Shown: one piece after another, positions 50,028 to 57,476 of the stretch | Layout: each line of letters opens with the position of its first letter | Position numbering within the stretch: the stretch's first letter is position 1 | Assembly: GCA_045544415.1 (NCBI GenBank) | Contig: JAZPYW010000108.1 | Location: 141-64,140, forward strand | Reading direction: 5' to 3' | Source: Erysipelotrichaceae bacterium | GTDB lineage: Bacteria > Bacillota_I > Bacilli_A > Erysipelotrichales > Erysipelotrichaceae | Length of the DNA: 64,000 nucleotides | Program-made: the position numbers and the translations under genes | The notes under the pieces: model-generated | Seen by the model: the letters and a program-made list of their open reading frames with translations, nothing else | Told to the model about the DNA's origin: nothing | Database searches by the model: none

Positions 50028-51762
50028 GTTCAACCTCCAGTTTACAGTAGGAATAGCTGATCTGTCTGCTTTGGAACTCCGGCACACTGATCGACTCTTT
50101 TTCATAAAGACCCGATACACCCGTGACGATCGCTTCTTCGCCCGTACAGATCTCCTCCGTTTCTGTTGCCTGCAGCTTATTCATATCGTAGCCGAGACCA
50201 CGCAGGTATGCCTCGAAATTCGTTCTAGTCTTTCCAATCAGGTCATCGACCGTAAACTTCTCTTCCGGTTCCGGCTGATAAGCGGTGTAAGTGAATGTAT
50301 AGACAAGAGGCTGAGAATCCTCATAATCATCCTCTCCTTTTGTGACGATCGTAAGAGTATAGTCTTTTCCGTCTTCGAAAGAGGATGCCGCAAAACGGAC
50401 CGTAACGTCTGTCTCGACAAACTGGCTCAGACCGATCCCGGCATCTACCGAGACAAGATAGCCTGAAGCGTTGGCTACCGGATCGAAATCGATACAGACA
50501 TATTCTTCTTCAAAACGAAGGGAGATCTTCGGTACCTGTGTCAGATTTGTTTTCAGGGAACTGCTCTTTTCGAACTGGTGATAGGCATCTTTGCCTATGC
50601 CCATGATCTTGCTGCCGTCAAAAGCGATCAGATAATCATTTCCGGAATCGATCGCGATGATGTTCTCCCAGGAATCAACTTCTTTGGAAATGATATAGTT
50701 ATCGATATCTATATGGACCTTCCCGGTAGAATCCAGGCCGGCGATAAATTCATTACCGCAGGCAACATCGACGATATCCGTCCAGTTTTCAGCATCCATG
50801 AAGGTCTTCGTTTTCGCAAATGTATTTACCTTGCCATCTTCCATAAGGATGACGGTATTGTCTTCGCTGCAATCGATGTCCTGAAGACCGGAATAATATT
50901 TGACCATTGATGAGCCGATGAACTCACCGGACAGGAACAGTTTGCCGTCGCTGCCGACTGCCATGGAACCACGCGATGATGCAAATACTTTTGTCACATC
51001 CGAAGAAGAAGAGATATCGCATTGACCGTAACTGTTGTCACCGGCACAATAAATCTTTCCGCGATCATCGACCGCAATGATATGACCGTCGCCTGCAGCG
51101 ACATCAGTGATCCTGTCCCAGGATGAGATCTCTTCTGCGTATTTCTCCATCAGTCCATAAGAAGTGAGTTTTCCCTGATCATCCAGAACTATCGTGAAGG
51201 TCGATCCTTCTGCTGCTTTTATAGCAGATGACTCCGGAAGACCGGTCAACTGACCGTTCGAATTATCACCGCTGCTGAGAACAGCGCCATTATTATCTAT
51301 GTATACTACACTGGTCTCAGATACGGACAGACGATATGAATTGCGCTGAGTAGCTTCGTATGGGATCTTCCTATTCCTATTCACACTCGTCAGGATCCCT
51401 GCAGCAACGACCAGCACCAGAACTGCGGCGAGGATCAGGAACTTATATTTTCTGCACAAAGACAGGAACTTCTGCAGAGGCGTTCTGCGCGGGATGAAAT
51501 AGGCAATATTCAATTCGTCAGTGTTTGTACTGGAGACATCATACAATTTCACATCATCGCTGTTGCGGAACATATCTGCGACATCGATATGGTAAAAGCC
51601 TGCCAATTTCTTCATCTGGGCATAAGAGATCATCTTTCTTCCGTTCTCGTAACCCATATACTCGATCGTATCAACACCCAAAAGCTCCGCAAGGTTTCCC
51701 TGGGAGTAATTGTAATGTTTTCTCAGTTTCGTAAGTTTAGCCGGCAGATTATTCATAACCAC
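50014..51762 (-). CDS. XRE-type HTH / single TM / RCC1-like beta-propeller repeat protein
   Basis: 582 aa. N-terminal LTKLRKHYNYSQGNLAELLGVDTIEYMGYENG, TM FLILAAVLVLVVAAGILT, repeated GDNSNGQL / GDNSYGQC motifs, C-terminal Ig/Fn3-like segments. Confidence 0.7.
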   Translation of the reverse strand: MVMNNLPAKLTKLRKHYNYSQGNLAELLGVDTIEYMGYENGRKMISYAQMKKLAGFYHIDVADMFRNSDDVKLYDVSSTNTDELNIAYFIPRRTPLQKFLSLCRKYKFLILAAVLVLVVAAGILTSVNRNRKIPYEATQRNSYRLSVSETSVVYIDNNGAVLSSGDNSNGQLTGLPESSAIKAAEGSTFTIVLDDQGKLTSYGLMEKYAEEISSWDRITDVAAGDGHIIAVDDRGKIYCAGDNSYGQCDISSSSDVTKVFASSRGSMAVGSDGKLFLSGEFIGSSMVKYYSGLQDIDCSEDNTVILMEDGKVNTFAKTKTFMDAENWTDIVDVACGNEFIAGLDSTGKVHIDIDNYIISKEVDSWENIIAIDSGNDYLIAFDGSKIMGIGKDAYHQFEKSSSLKTNLTQVPKISLRFEEEYVCIDFDPVANASGYLVSVDAGIGLSQFVETDVTVRFAASSFEDGKDYTLTIVTKGEDDYEDSQPLVYTFTYTAYQPEPEEKFTVDDLIGKTRTNFEAYLRGLGYDMNKLQATETEEICTGEEAIVTGVSGLYEKESISVPEFQSRQISYSYCKLEVEHGEE

Positions 51763-51881
51763 ATTCTATCATATTCGATTTATCTCCTAAATGCATAGAC
51801 CGGGCTGAAAAACATTACCGAAAAAATCCAAAAATATCCTTGAATTCCCAAAATGCCTATGTTAGTATAATTAAGCAATGT

Positions 51882-51957
51882 GCCCGAATAGCTCAGTCGG
51901 TAGAGCATCCGGCTGTTAACCGGCAGGTCACAGGTTCGAGTCCTGTTTCGGGCGCCA
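51882..51957 (+). tRNA. tRNA-Asn (GTT)
   Basis: GCCCGAA acceptor pairs with TTCGGGC. Anticodon loop CTGTTAA. T-arm ACAGG TTCGAGT CCTGT. Encoded CCA. Confidence 0.9.
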
Positions 51958-51964
51958 TTGTTGT

Positions 51965-52041
51965 GGCAAGTTGGTGAAGCGGCTTAACACACCGCCCTTT
52001 CACGGCGGCATTCACGGGTTCGAATCCCGTACTTGTCACCA
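51965..52041 (+). tRNA. tRNA-Glu (TTC)
   Basis: GGCAAGT/ACTTGTC acceptor. Anticodon stem-loop CCGCC CTTTCAC GGCGG. T-loop TTCGAAT. Encoded CCA. Confidence 0.9.
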
Positions 52042-52046
52042 TCTCT

Positions 52047-52122
52047 GATCCCTTAGCTCAGCTGGCAGAGCAACTGACTCTTAATCAGTGGGTCCAGGGT
52101 TCGAATCCCTGAGGGATCACCA
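52047..52122 (+). tRNA. tRNA-Lys (CTT)
   Basis: GATCCCT/AGGGATC acceptor. ACTGA CTCTTAA TCAGT anticodon arm. CAGGG TTCGAAT CCCTG. Encoded CCA. Confidence 0.9.
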
Positions 52123-52132
52123 TCCGAGATCA

Positions 52133-52163
52133 GAAAGTCTTGTAAAAGACTTTTTTCTTTTTC
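52133..52163 (+). terminator. Terminator after the tRNA Asn-Glu-Lys cluster
   Basis: AAAGTCTT gtaa AAGACTTT followed by TTTCTTTTTC. Confidence 0.7.
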
Positions 52164-52182
52164 TAGGGATACAGTTTAATTT

Positions 52183-52204
52183 ATTATCACCAGCTGGTGA
52201 TAAT
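52183..52204. repeat. Perfect 22-bp palindrome ATTATCACCAG|CTGGTGATAAT
   Basis: Read directly. Followed by TTTTTATTT, so it could also act as a second plus-strand terminator. Confidence 0.7.
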
Positions 52205-52229
52205 TTTTATTTATCAGTTATATGCTAGA

Positions 52230-52334
52230 AGATATAATTCTCATTTTTTTATAGTCTAATAGATATAATTCTCATTTTTTCTCACAATTCTCATATTCTC
52301 ATGAGATTCTCATGAGAATTCTTATTTTTCTCAT
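52230..52334. repeat. AT-rich repeat cluster: 20-nt direct repeat x2 plus six TTCTCAT copies and a 14-bp palindrome
   Basis: AGATATAATTCTCATTTTTT at 52230-52249 and 52261-52280. TTCTCAT at 52238, 52269, 52288, 52296, 52307 and 52328. ATTCTCATGAGAAT at 52306-52319. Confidence 0.75.
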
Positions 52335-52354
52335 TTCTTACTCACGGCTATTCA

Positions 52355-52386
52355 GACAAAAGAAAATCCCGGTGAGATACCGGGAT
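52355..52386 (-). terminator. Terminator after the 64-aa ORF
   Basis: ATCCCGG tgagata CCGGGAT (52366-52386). The minus-strand RNA continues UUUUCUUUUG. Confidence 0.65.
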
Positions 52387-52392
52387 CTATCT

Positions 52393-52587
52393 TTAGAATA
52401 AATTGTTATTGAAGAGGTTGAGGTTTCTCAGTTCTTCGTTGACTTTCTTCATGTAGTATTCCATGGCATAGTCCTTATACCAGCCATAGCCCCAATGACG
52501 GATGATTTCCAATTCTGCTTCTTCATCTGATAGAGTGCTTAGATAAGCATATTTTTCGTCGACCCATTCAATAATAAGCGATTCCAT
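52393..52587 (-). CDS. Hypothetical small protein (64 aa)
   Basis: ORF with its own terminator. No motif recognised. Confidence 0.4.
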   Translation of the reverse strand: MESLIIEWVDEKYAYLSTLSDEEAELEIIRHWGYGWYKDYAMEYYMKKVNEELRNLNLFNNNLF

Positions 52588-52644
52588 AGCAATATCATCC
52601 TTTCGTTTGTCTGTTTAAATATTCATTCAGCTGCGGGGATATAA

Positions 52645-53223
52645 TCATTCAGTTTCAAACTGGATGATGTCCTTATCCATATAGGAAATACGTGCAAGAG
52701 ATTCCAGTCTTACACCGGCGTCACGCACTACTTTAGCACCGCCCATATACGTCTTTTCTACTACTATGCCGCATCCGGCAACAGTTGCGCCAGCTTGATG
52801 ACAGATATCGATCAGTGCTTTCAGTGCATCACCGGTAGCGAGAAAATCGTCAATGATAAGAACTTTGTCACCAGGTTTAAGATAATTCTTGGCAACAGAA
52901 ACAACAAAGTCCTTATTTCTTGTAAAAGAATGGACATGAGATGTGAAGGTCTCTTCAGACATGTTGGAAGCAGCTGTCTTCTTGCCGAAAACTACCGGAA
53001 TATAATTGTAGTGACGTGCTGTGAATGTAGCGATCGCAATGCCGCTCGATTCGATCGTCAGGATCTTGTTGATTTCCGGGTCGTCAAACAGGCGGCGGAA
53101 TTCTTCTCCAACATGTTCTAGAAGTAAAGTATCGACCTGATGGTTCAAAAAGCTGTCGATCTTTAAGACATCACCATCAAGTGCTCTTCCTTCTTCAAGG
53201 ATTCTCAGTTCCAATTCTTTCAT
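52645..53223 (-). CDS. xpt: Xanthine phosphoribosyltransferase
   Basis: 192 aa. MKELELRILEEGRALDGDVLKIDSFLNHQVD and the PRPP-binding VLIIDDFLATGDA. Confidence 0.9.
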   Translation of the reverse strand: MKELELRILEEGRALDGDVLKIDSFLNHQVDTLLLEHVGEEFRRLFDDPEINKILTIESSGIAIATFTARHYNYIPVVFGKKTAASNMSEETFTSHVHSFTRNKDFVVSVAKNYLKPGDKVLIIDDFLATGDALKALIDICHQAGATVAGCGIVVEKTYMGGAKVVRDAGVRLESLARISYMDKDIIQFETE

Positions 53224-53225
53224 AT

Positions 53226-53924
53226 TTAGTCTCTCCTTTTTCCGAATATTTGCAGGATACGTATGAATAAATTAATAAAATCGAGATAGAGCTGGAAAGA
53301 ACCGTAAACCAACAGTTTCTCTCCGAGGGTAGGATCGGCAAGACCTTCGTTGTACAGATCTCTTAATCTCTGCATATCATAAGCGATCAAACCGAGGAAG
53401 ATGATGATCCCGAGGTAACAGATACCCATTGATAAAACGTCCGAATGAATGAGGAATGCATTCAGAAGCGTCATAACGATGCTGGCGATTAGACCGGCGA
53501 GGAAGAGTGTTCCGAAACGTCTCAAATCGATCTTAGTGGTATAGCCGATAACTGCCATACTGACAAAGACGACCGCAGCAGCACCGAAAGCCAGAACTAC
53601 CGATGAAGTAGTATAGGCGGTGAAAATATACGACAGCGACAGACCGGTCAAAGCGCTGTACAGGAAATAACAGATCCAAGCCGTCGTTTTTTCCATTTTC
53701 ATCAGACGCGTGCCGAAGAATATTGCAGTTCCCAATTCCAATACCAGGAAAACGATACTGGCGATCGCAATCAGCGACGTCGGAAGAACGCCGATCAGGA
53801 AGTTACCTGCAACAGCAAATAATGTAGAAACCAAAAGACCAAGGGCAAGTACAACATAGGTCTTATTCAGATAATCCCGAAATGTTGTATAAGACAGTGA
53901 TTCTGTTTCATAATAATCGTTCAT
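53226..53924 (-). CDS. Bax inhibitor-1/YccA family membrane protein
   Basis: 232 aa, 7 TM. C-terminal LYLDFINLFIRILQIFG is typical of the BI-1 family. Confidence 0.8.
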   Translation of the reverse strand: MNDYYETESLSYTTFRDYLNKTYVVLALGLLVSTLFAVAGNFLIGVLPTSLIAIASIVFLVLELGTAIFFGTRLMKMEKTTAWICYFLYSALTGLSLSYIFTAYTTSSVVLAFGAAAVVFVSMAVIGYTTKIDLRRFGTLFLAGLIASIVMTLLNAFLIHSDVLSMGICYLGIIIFLGLIAYDMQRLRDLYNEGLADPTLGEKLLVYGSFQLYLDFINLFIRILQIFGKRRD

Positions 53925-53978
53925 TTTAATGCCTCCTAAAAGAGCACTCTCTTATTATACACAAAAAAACAATATTCT

Positions 53979-54866
53979 TTATCTTCCGATCCATTCCTCT
54001 ATATCTGCAAAAGCCAGATCCTGATCTTCATACCACTTGATAGGAAGCTGATGATTGAACCATGTATACTGTCTTTTTGCGAAATGTTTTGAATTGCGGA
54101 TGACGTTATTCCGGCATTCTTCAAGCGTCTCGGTCTTTTCGAAATATCCCCTGAATTCCTTATAACCGATACCGGACATCGATCTGTCATCAAATGTGAC
54201 TCCCCTATCTAAAAGGTTGCGGATCTCGTCCAGAAGACCATCTTCCAGCATTTTGTCCACTCTCCGTTCGATACGCTGATACAAAACATCTCTAGGGACA
54301 GTCAAACCGACAAAAAAAGCATCGTATAAGCACTTATGCTCCTGCGAATCTTTGATCTCGGAAATCGAAGTGTCGTGCTTTTCGAGAATGTTTAAAGCCC
54401 GAACAAGGCGTTTTCTATTGTTTATGTGGATCTTATCAAGAGAACGGGGATCCCTTTCTTTCAATATTGCGTATATCTCTTCGTTGGAAAGCTCTTCAAA
54501 CAGTTTATCTTCTTCCGCTTCTTCCAGAAAGACATAATCGTAGAGAGCTGCTTTCTGATACAGTCCTGTTCCTCCGACAATAATCGGAAGCTTCCCTCTG
54601 CCGGAAATGTCGTCGATCGCATTGCGCGCTTCAGTCTGAAAGTCTTTGACATTATACGCTTCTTTAGGGTCGCGGATATCCAGCAGATGATGGACAGCAC
54701 GTCCTCTCTCCTCACCGTCCGCCTTAGCTGATCCGATGTCAAGACCGCGATAGACCTGTATCGAGTCTCCGGATATGATCTCACCGGAAAACGATTCTGC
54801 GCAGCGTATACCAAAAGCCGTTTTTCCTACGGCTGTAGGACCGGCGATCACCAGTACTTTTTTCAT
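53979..54866 (-). CDS. miaA: tRNA dimethylallyltransferase
   Basis: The ORF track start at 54881 is a TTG. The ATG at 54866 gives MKKVLVIAGPTAVGKT (P-loop). GGTGLY, HQLPIKW. Confidence 0.9.
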   Translation of the reverse strand: MKKVLVIAGPTAVGKTAFGIRCAESFSGEIISGDSIQVYRGLDIGSAKADGEERGRAVHHLLDIRDPKEAYNVKDFQTEARNAIDDISGRGKLPIIVGGTGLYQKAALYDYVFLEEAEEDKLFEELSNEEIYAILKERDPRSLDKIHINNRKRLVRALNILEKHDTSISEIKDSQEHKCLYDAFFVGLTVPRDVLYQRIERRVDKMLEDGLLDEIRNLLDRGVTFDDRSMSGIGYKEFRGYFEKTETLEECRNNVIRNSKHFAKRQYTWFNHQLPIKWYEDQDLAFADIEEWIGR

Positions 54867-54877
54867 ATCATTATTAT

Positions 54878-54906
54878 ACAAAAAAGAGAGCTGATTTACT
54901 CAGCTC
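54878..54906 (-). terminator. Terminator after the lipoprotein gene
   Basis: GAGCTGA (54888-54894) tttac TCAGCTC (54900-54906). The minus-strand RNA continues UCUUUUUUG. Confidence 0.65.
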
Positions 54907-54917
54907 CCCTATGTTTC

Positions 54918-55586
54918 TTAATAACCGCTAGCGTAGTCGAAGATGTTCGTGTTATCGAAATGAACGGAATCGTTTTTCTCGAAAGTTACGTAATCTTCGT
55001 TTCTTTCATCGAGTACTTTTTCTACTTTTGTGATGTTGCCGCGATACAGTTCGTAATTATTGAAATTGCCCTGAAGGACAAGCCCGTTGCCGTAATAGCC
55101 GTAGTACTCGTTGGCAACGTCTTTATCGATAACGAATTCGATCACACTTCCATCGCTGGTGTGATAACAGCCGCTTCCGTCCGTATCGACATCTGCTTTT
55201 TCATCGATCTTGACTACCGGAAGAACAACGCCGGAAGAAAGCGTAATGTAGTACCTGTCGCCGATCACGCCATAGTACGATCCCAAAGCGACACCGATGA
55301 AACCGTCTTTATCATATAAGAAGCCGGTTTCTTCATCGACAGTCATATAATCCTTAATGAACCAGTACTGAATGGAGTCGGTCGCCGTTACAGCACGATA
55401 ATCCATATATGTCTTAGCGCCGCTGACACTGCATACGCCAACATCTTCTCCTTTGAACTCTTTCTGATAATCATAAAGATCATCAATGTCAAAAGGCTTC
55501 TCATCATCTCCGGAATCAGAAGAATCGAACGCACAAAGACTGACTGCAGTCAACAACAATAAGAGGATCAAAACAATCTTTTTCAT
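54918..55586 (-). CDS. Putative lipoprotein of unknown function
   Basis: 222 aa. MKKIVLILLLLLTAVSLCAF is a signal peptide with a lipobox-like SLC. Confidence 0.6.
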   Translation of the reverse strand: MKKIVLILLLLLTAVSLCAFDSSDSGDDEKPFDIDDLYDYQKEFKGEDVGVCSVSGAKTYMDYRAVTATDSIQYWFIKDYMTVDEETGFLYDKDGFIGVALGSYYGVIGDRYYITLSSGVVLPVVKIDEKADVDTDGSGCYHTSDGSVIEFVIDKDVANEYYGYYGNGLVLQGNFNNYELYRGNITKVEKVLDERNEDYVTFEKNDSVHFDNTNIFDYASGY

Positions 55587-55625
55587 AAGGTAATCTTACT
55601 ATAACACATATTTTCAAAAATGTAA

Positions 55626-55653
55626 TTGACAACTCCAACAGGGATGTTATAAT
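55626..55653 (+). promoter_or_regulatory. Strong sigma-A-type promoter for the tRNA Ile-Ala pair
   Basis: TTGACA (55626-55631), 16-nt spacer, TGtTATAAT extended -10 (55645-55653). Confidence 0.7.
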
Positions 55654-55676
55654 AAGAAAGCATTTGAAAGAGATGT

Positions 55677-55753
<77 letters not shown>

Positions 55754-55763
55754 TATCCTTTCT

Positions 55764-55839
55764 GGGGCATTAGCTCAGCTGGGAGAGCACCTGCTTTGCA
55801 AGCAGGGGGTCAGCGGTTCGATCCCGCTATGCTCCACCA
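55764..55839 (+). tRNA. tRNA-Ala (TGC)
   Basis: GGGGCAT/ATGCTCC acceptor with the G3:U70 identity pair. CCTGC TTTGCAA GCAGG. Encoded CCA. Confidence 0.93.
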
Positions 55840-55851
55840 TATTTTGAAAAT

Positions 55852-55877
55852 ACGCCTGAAAAAAGGCGTTTTTTTCA
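55852..55877 (+). terminator. Terminator after tRNA-Ala
   Basis: ACGCCT gaaaaa AGGCGT followed by TTTTTTT. Confidence 0.75.
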
Positions 55878-55967
55878 TTCTATGCAATAATGCACACAAT
55901 GTAACGCCTTTTTCAGGAAGGTATAGCGGGATCAGTGTATTTCTCCCAGCTGAGCGGTAAATTGTTT

Positions 55968-56038
55968 GTGGGCCTGAAAATCAATTTCACCCCTTCGCTT
56001 ATCAAGCTGGTGAAAATGTTGGACCCCGGCTACAGGCC
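55968..56038 (-). pseudogene. Degenerate tRNA-Ile-like sequence (inverted relative to the real tRNA-Ile)
   Basis: The minus strand reads GGCCTGTAGC-21nt-GCTTGATAAGCG-17nt-TTCAGGCCCAC. These three blocks match the tRNA-Ile 5' acceptor/D start, anticodon loop and 3' acceptor in the same order and with similar spacing. The D and T arms are not conserved. Confidence 0.55.
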
Positions 56039-56039
56039 T

Positions 56040-56260
56040 TTTGCATGACGGGCAAACGCGTGCTCGTGCCAACGAGCACTGCATTGCCCGTTGGCCATTT
56101 TGTAGAACCCTATCGTGCGACCCGTAACCGGGAAGTCCATTCAGCCCGTGATGCGTCCAATCAGAAGATCATGGACTTCCCTGTTTTACGAGGGCGCACA
56201 CCGGTCATCCAACGGCGTTTAAATACTTTCTGATGCCTTCTCTGCGGATATTTACTGCTG
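56040..56260 (-). ncRNA. Candidate TnpB-associated omega RNA (reRNA) scaffold / IS right end
   Basis: GC-rich and highly structured 3' flank of tnpB. 11-bp stem GGGAAGTCCAT (56130-56140) / ATGGACTTCCC (56171-56181). Nested ACGGGCAA (56048-56055) / TTGCCCGT (56084-56091) around GTGCTCG/CGAGCAC. The ends are approximate. Confidence 0.5.
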
Positions 56261-57353
56261 CATTGATGTCGCGATCGTGCGTACTCCCGCATCTTTCGCA
56301 TGTCCACACTCTATCGTCCAGTTTCAGTGTTTTATTGATTGCACCGCAGCTGCTGCATTTCTTGGTCGATGGAAACCATTTGTCGATCATGACCAGTTTC
56401 TTCCCTCTATCTTCCATTTTGTATGACAGCATTCTTATAAATATTCCATAGGAGTTATCATATGTTGCTTTGGCGAGATTGCGTTTCTTTGCGATCGAAG
56501 GCATGTTCAGGTCTTCCACGCAGATAATATCGTATTTATCTGCCAGATCTGTTGAAAGTTTATGAAGGTAATCATTTCTTCTGCTTGCTATATTTCGGTA
56601 TGTTCTATTCAAGACCTCCCGTCTCTTATAGTAATTCATACTTCCTTTCTCACATCTTTTCACAGCAGCGATCAGTTTTATCAGCTTCTTCTCTTTTTCA
56701 CGGTAAAAATGCGGAATGTTGATCCGGTTCCCGCCGTCATCTACAAACAAGTGCGGCGAAGAATAATCCAAGCCGACAGAATTCCGGACATCCAGTTGAC
56801 GTCTGATCTCTCCCTGTCCGAACTCCAGAAGTACTGATGCATGATACTCTCCGATATTATTGCGGGTGATCGTTATGCTGCGCACACGGGAATAAGGCGG
56901 GAGAGGACGGTGATAATTCATTTTGACTTTTCCTACTTTCGGCAGGAATATGCTGTCGCCCACAAAAATACGCCCGTTATAGTTTGATGTGACGTACATC
57001 GGATGGTAGATCTTGTCGCTGTTCTCCTTCCGTTTTCTGCCGGTGACCTGGAACAGCGCATTCAGCAGCGCTGAGATATCGCTTTGCTGAAGTTCCGGAT
57101 TCTCCCTGATGTAACGGTAAAGTACATCTTTCAGCAGCGGTTCGAATTTCTTTCCTTCTCTTTCTTCTCTTATATACAGGCTCTTAACAAAATTCGCATC
57201 ATGAATGATCGAATTGATCATCGCCTTTTGCGCTGCGTCCGGTTTGATAAGGTATCGATAGGATCTGTTTCTGCTCATTGTCTTTATTGCCCCTACATTA
57301 TCTTTATTTCCGGGCAGTTCGATGATACCTAATTTATTTTTTAATTTTTGCAT
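56205..57353 (-). CDS. tnpB: TnpB (IS200/IS605-family OrfB) RNA-guided endonuclease
   Basis: 382 aa. RuvC residues in VGLDYSS, ICVEDLN and HDRDINAAVNI. Zinc ribbon CSSCG...CERCG. The true start may be the internal MSRNRSYRYLIKPD (57278). Confidence 0.88.
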   Translation of the reverse strand: MQKLKNKLGIIELPGNKDNVGAIKTMSRNRSYRYLIKPDAAQKAMINSIIHDANFVKSLYIREEREGKKFEPLLKDVLYRYIRENPELQQSDISALLNALFQVTGRKRKENSDKIYHPMYVTSNYNGRIFVGDSIFLPKVGKVKMNYHRPLPPYSRVRSITITRNNIGEYHASVLLEFGQGEIRRQLDVRNSVGLDYSSPHLFVDDGGNRINIPHFYREKEKKLIKLIAAVKRCEKGSMNYYKRREVLNRTYRNIASRRNDYLHKLSTDLADKYDIICVEDLNMPSIAKKRNLAKATYDNSYGIFIRMLSYKMEDRGKKLVMIDKWFPSTKKCSSCGAINKTLKLDDRVWTCERCGSTHDRDINAAVNIRREGIRKYLNAVG

Positions 57354-57419
57354 GTTTTTTTGCAGAAGACAGTGCGCGAGGTGAATAACGATGCGTTTCC
57401 CGCATATGAAGGTAGTCCC

Positions 57420-57446
57420 AAAAGAAAAAACAGAGAATACTCTGCT
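57420..57446 (-). terminator. Terminator after rarA
   Basis: CAGAG (57431-57435) aata CTCTG (57440-57444). The minus-strand RNA continues UUUUUUCUUUU. Confidence 0.55.
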
Positions 57447-57476
57447 TTTTCGAATCGATCGATATGTATCAAACTG

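Larger units (their letters stand above)
56040..57425 (-). mobile_element. TnpB-only IS605-family (IS1341-like) element, no tnpA
   Basis: tnpB plus a structured right end. The left boundary is placed just after the rarA terminator. Exact ends were not determined. Confidence 0.5.

Noticed and set aside
52230-52334. Possible CRISPR array
   Set aside because: The repeats are 7-20 nt and AT-rich, without regular repeat-spacer periodicity, and no cas genes are present in the window.
51882-52600. Integrated prophage or ICE at the tRNA cluster
   Set aside because: No integrase, excisionase or duplicated tRNA 3' end was found within the following kilobases. Only the repeat-rich spacer is present, and that is reported separately.
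53224-53225. Purine riboswitch upstream of xpt
   Set aside because: Only 2 nt separate xpt from the preceding BI-1 family gene, so there is no room for a riboswitch.
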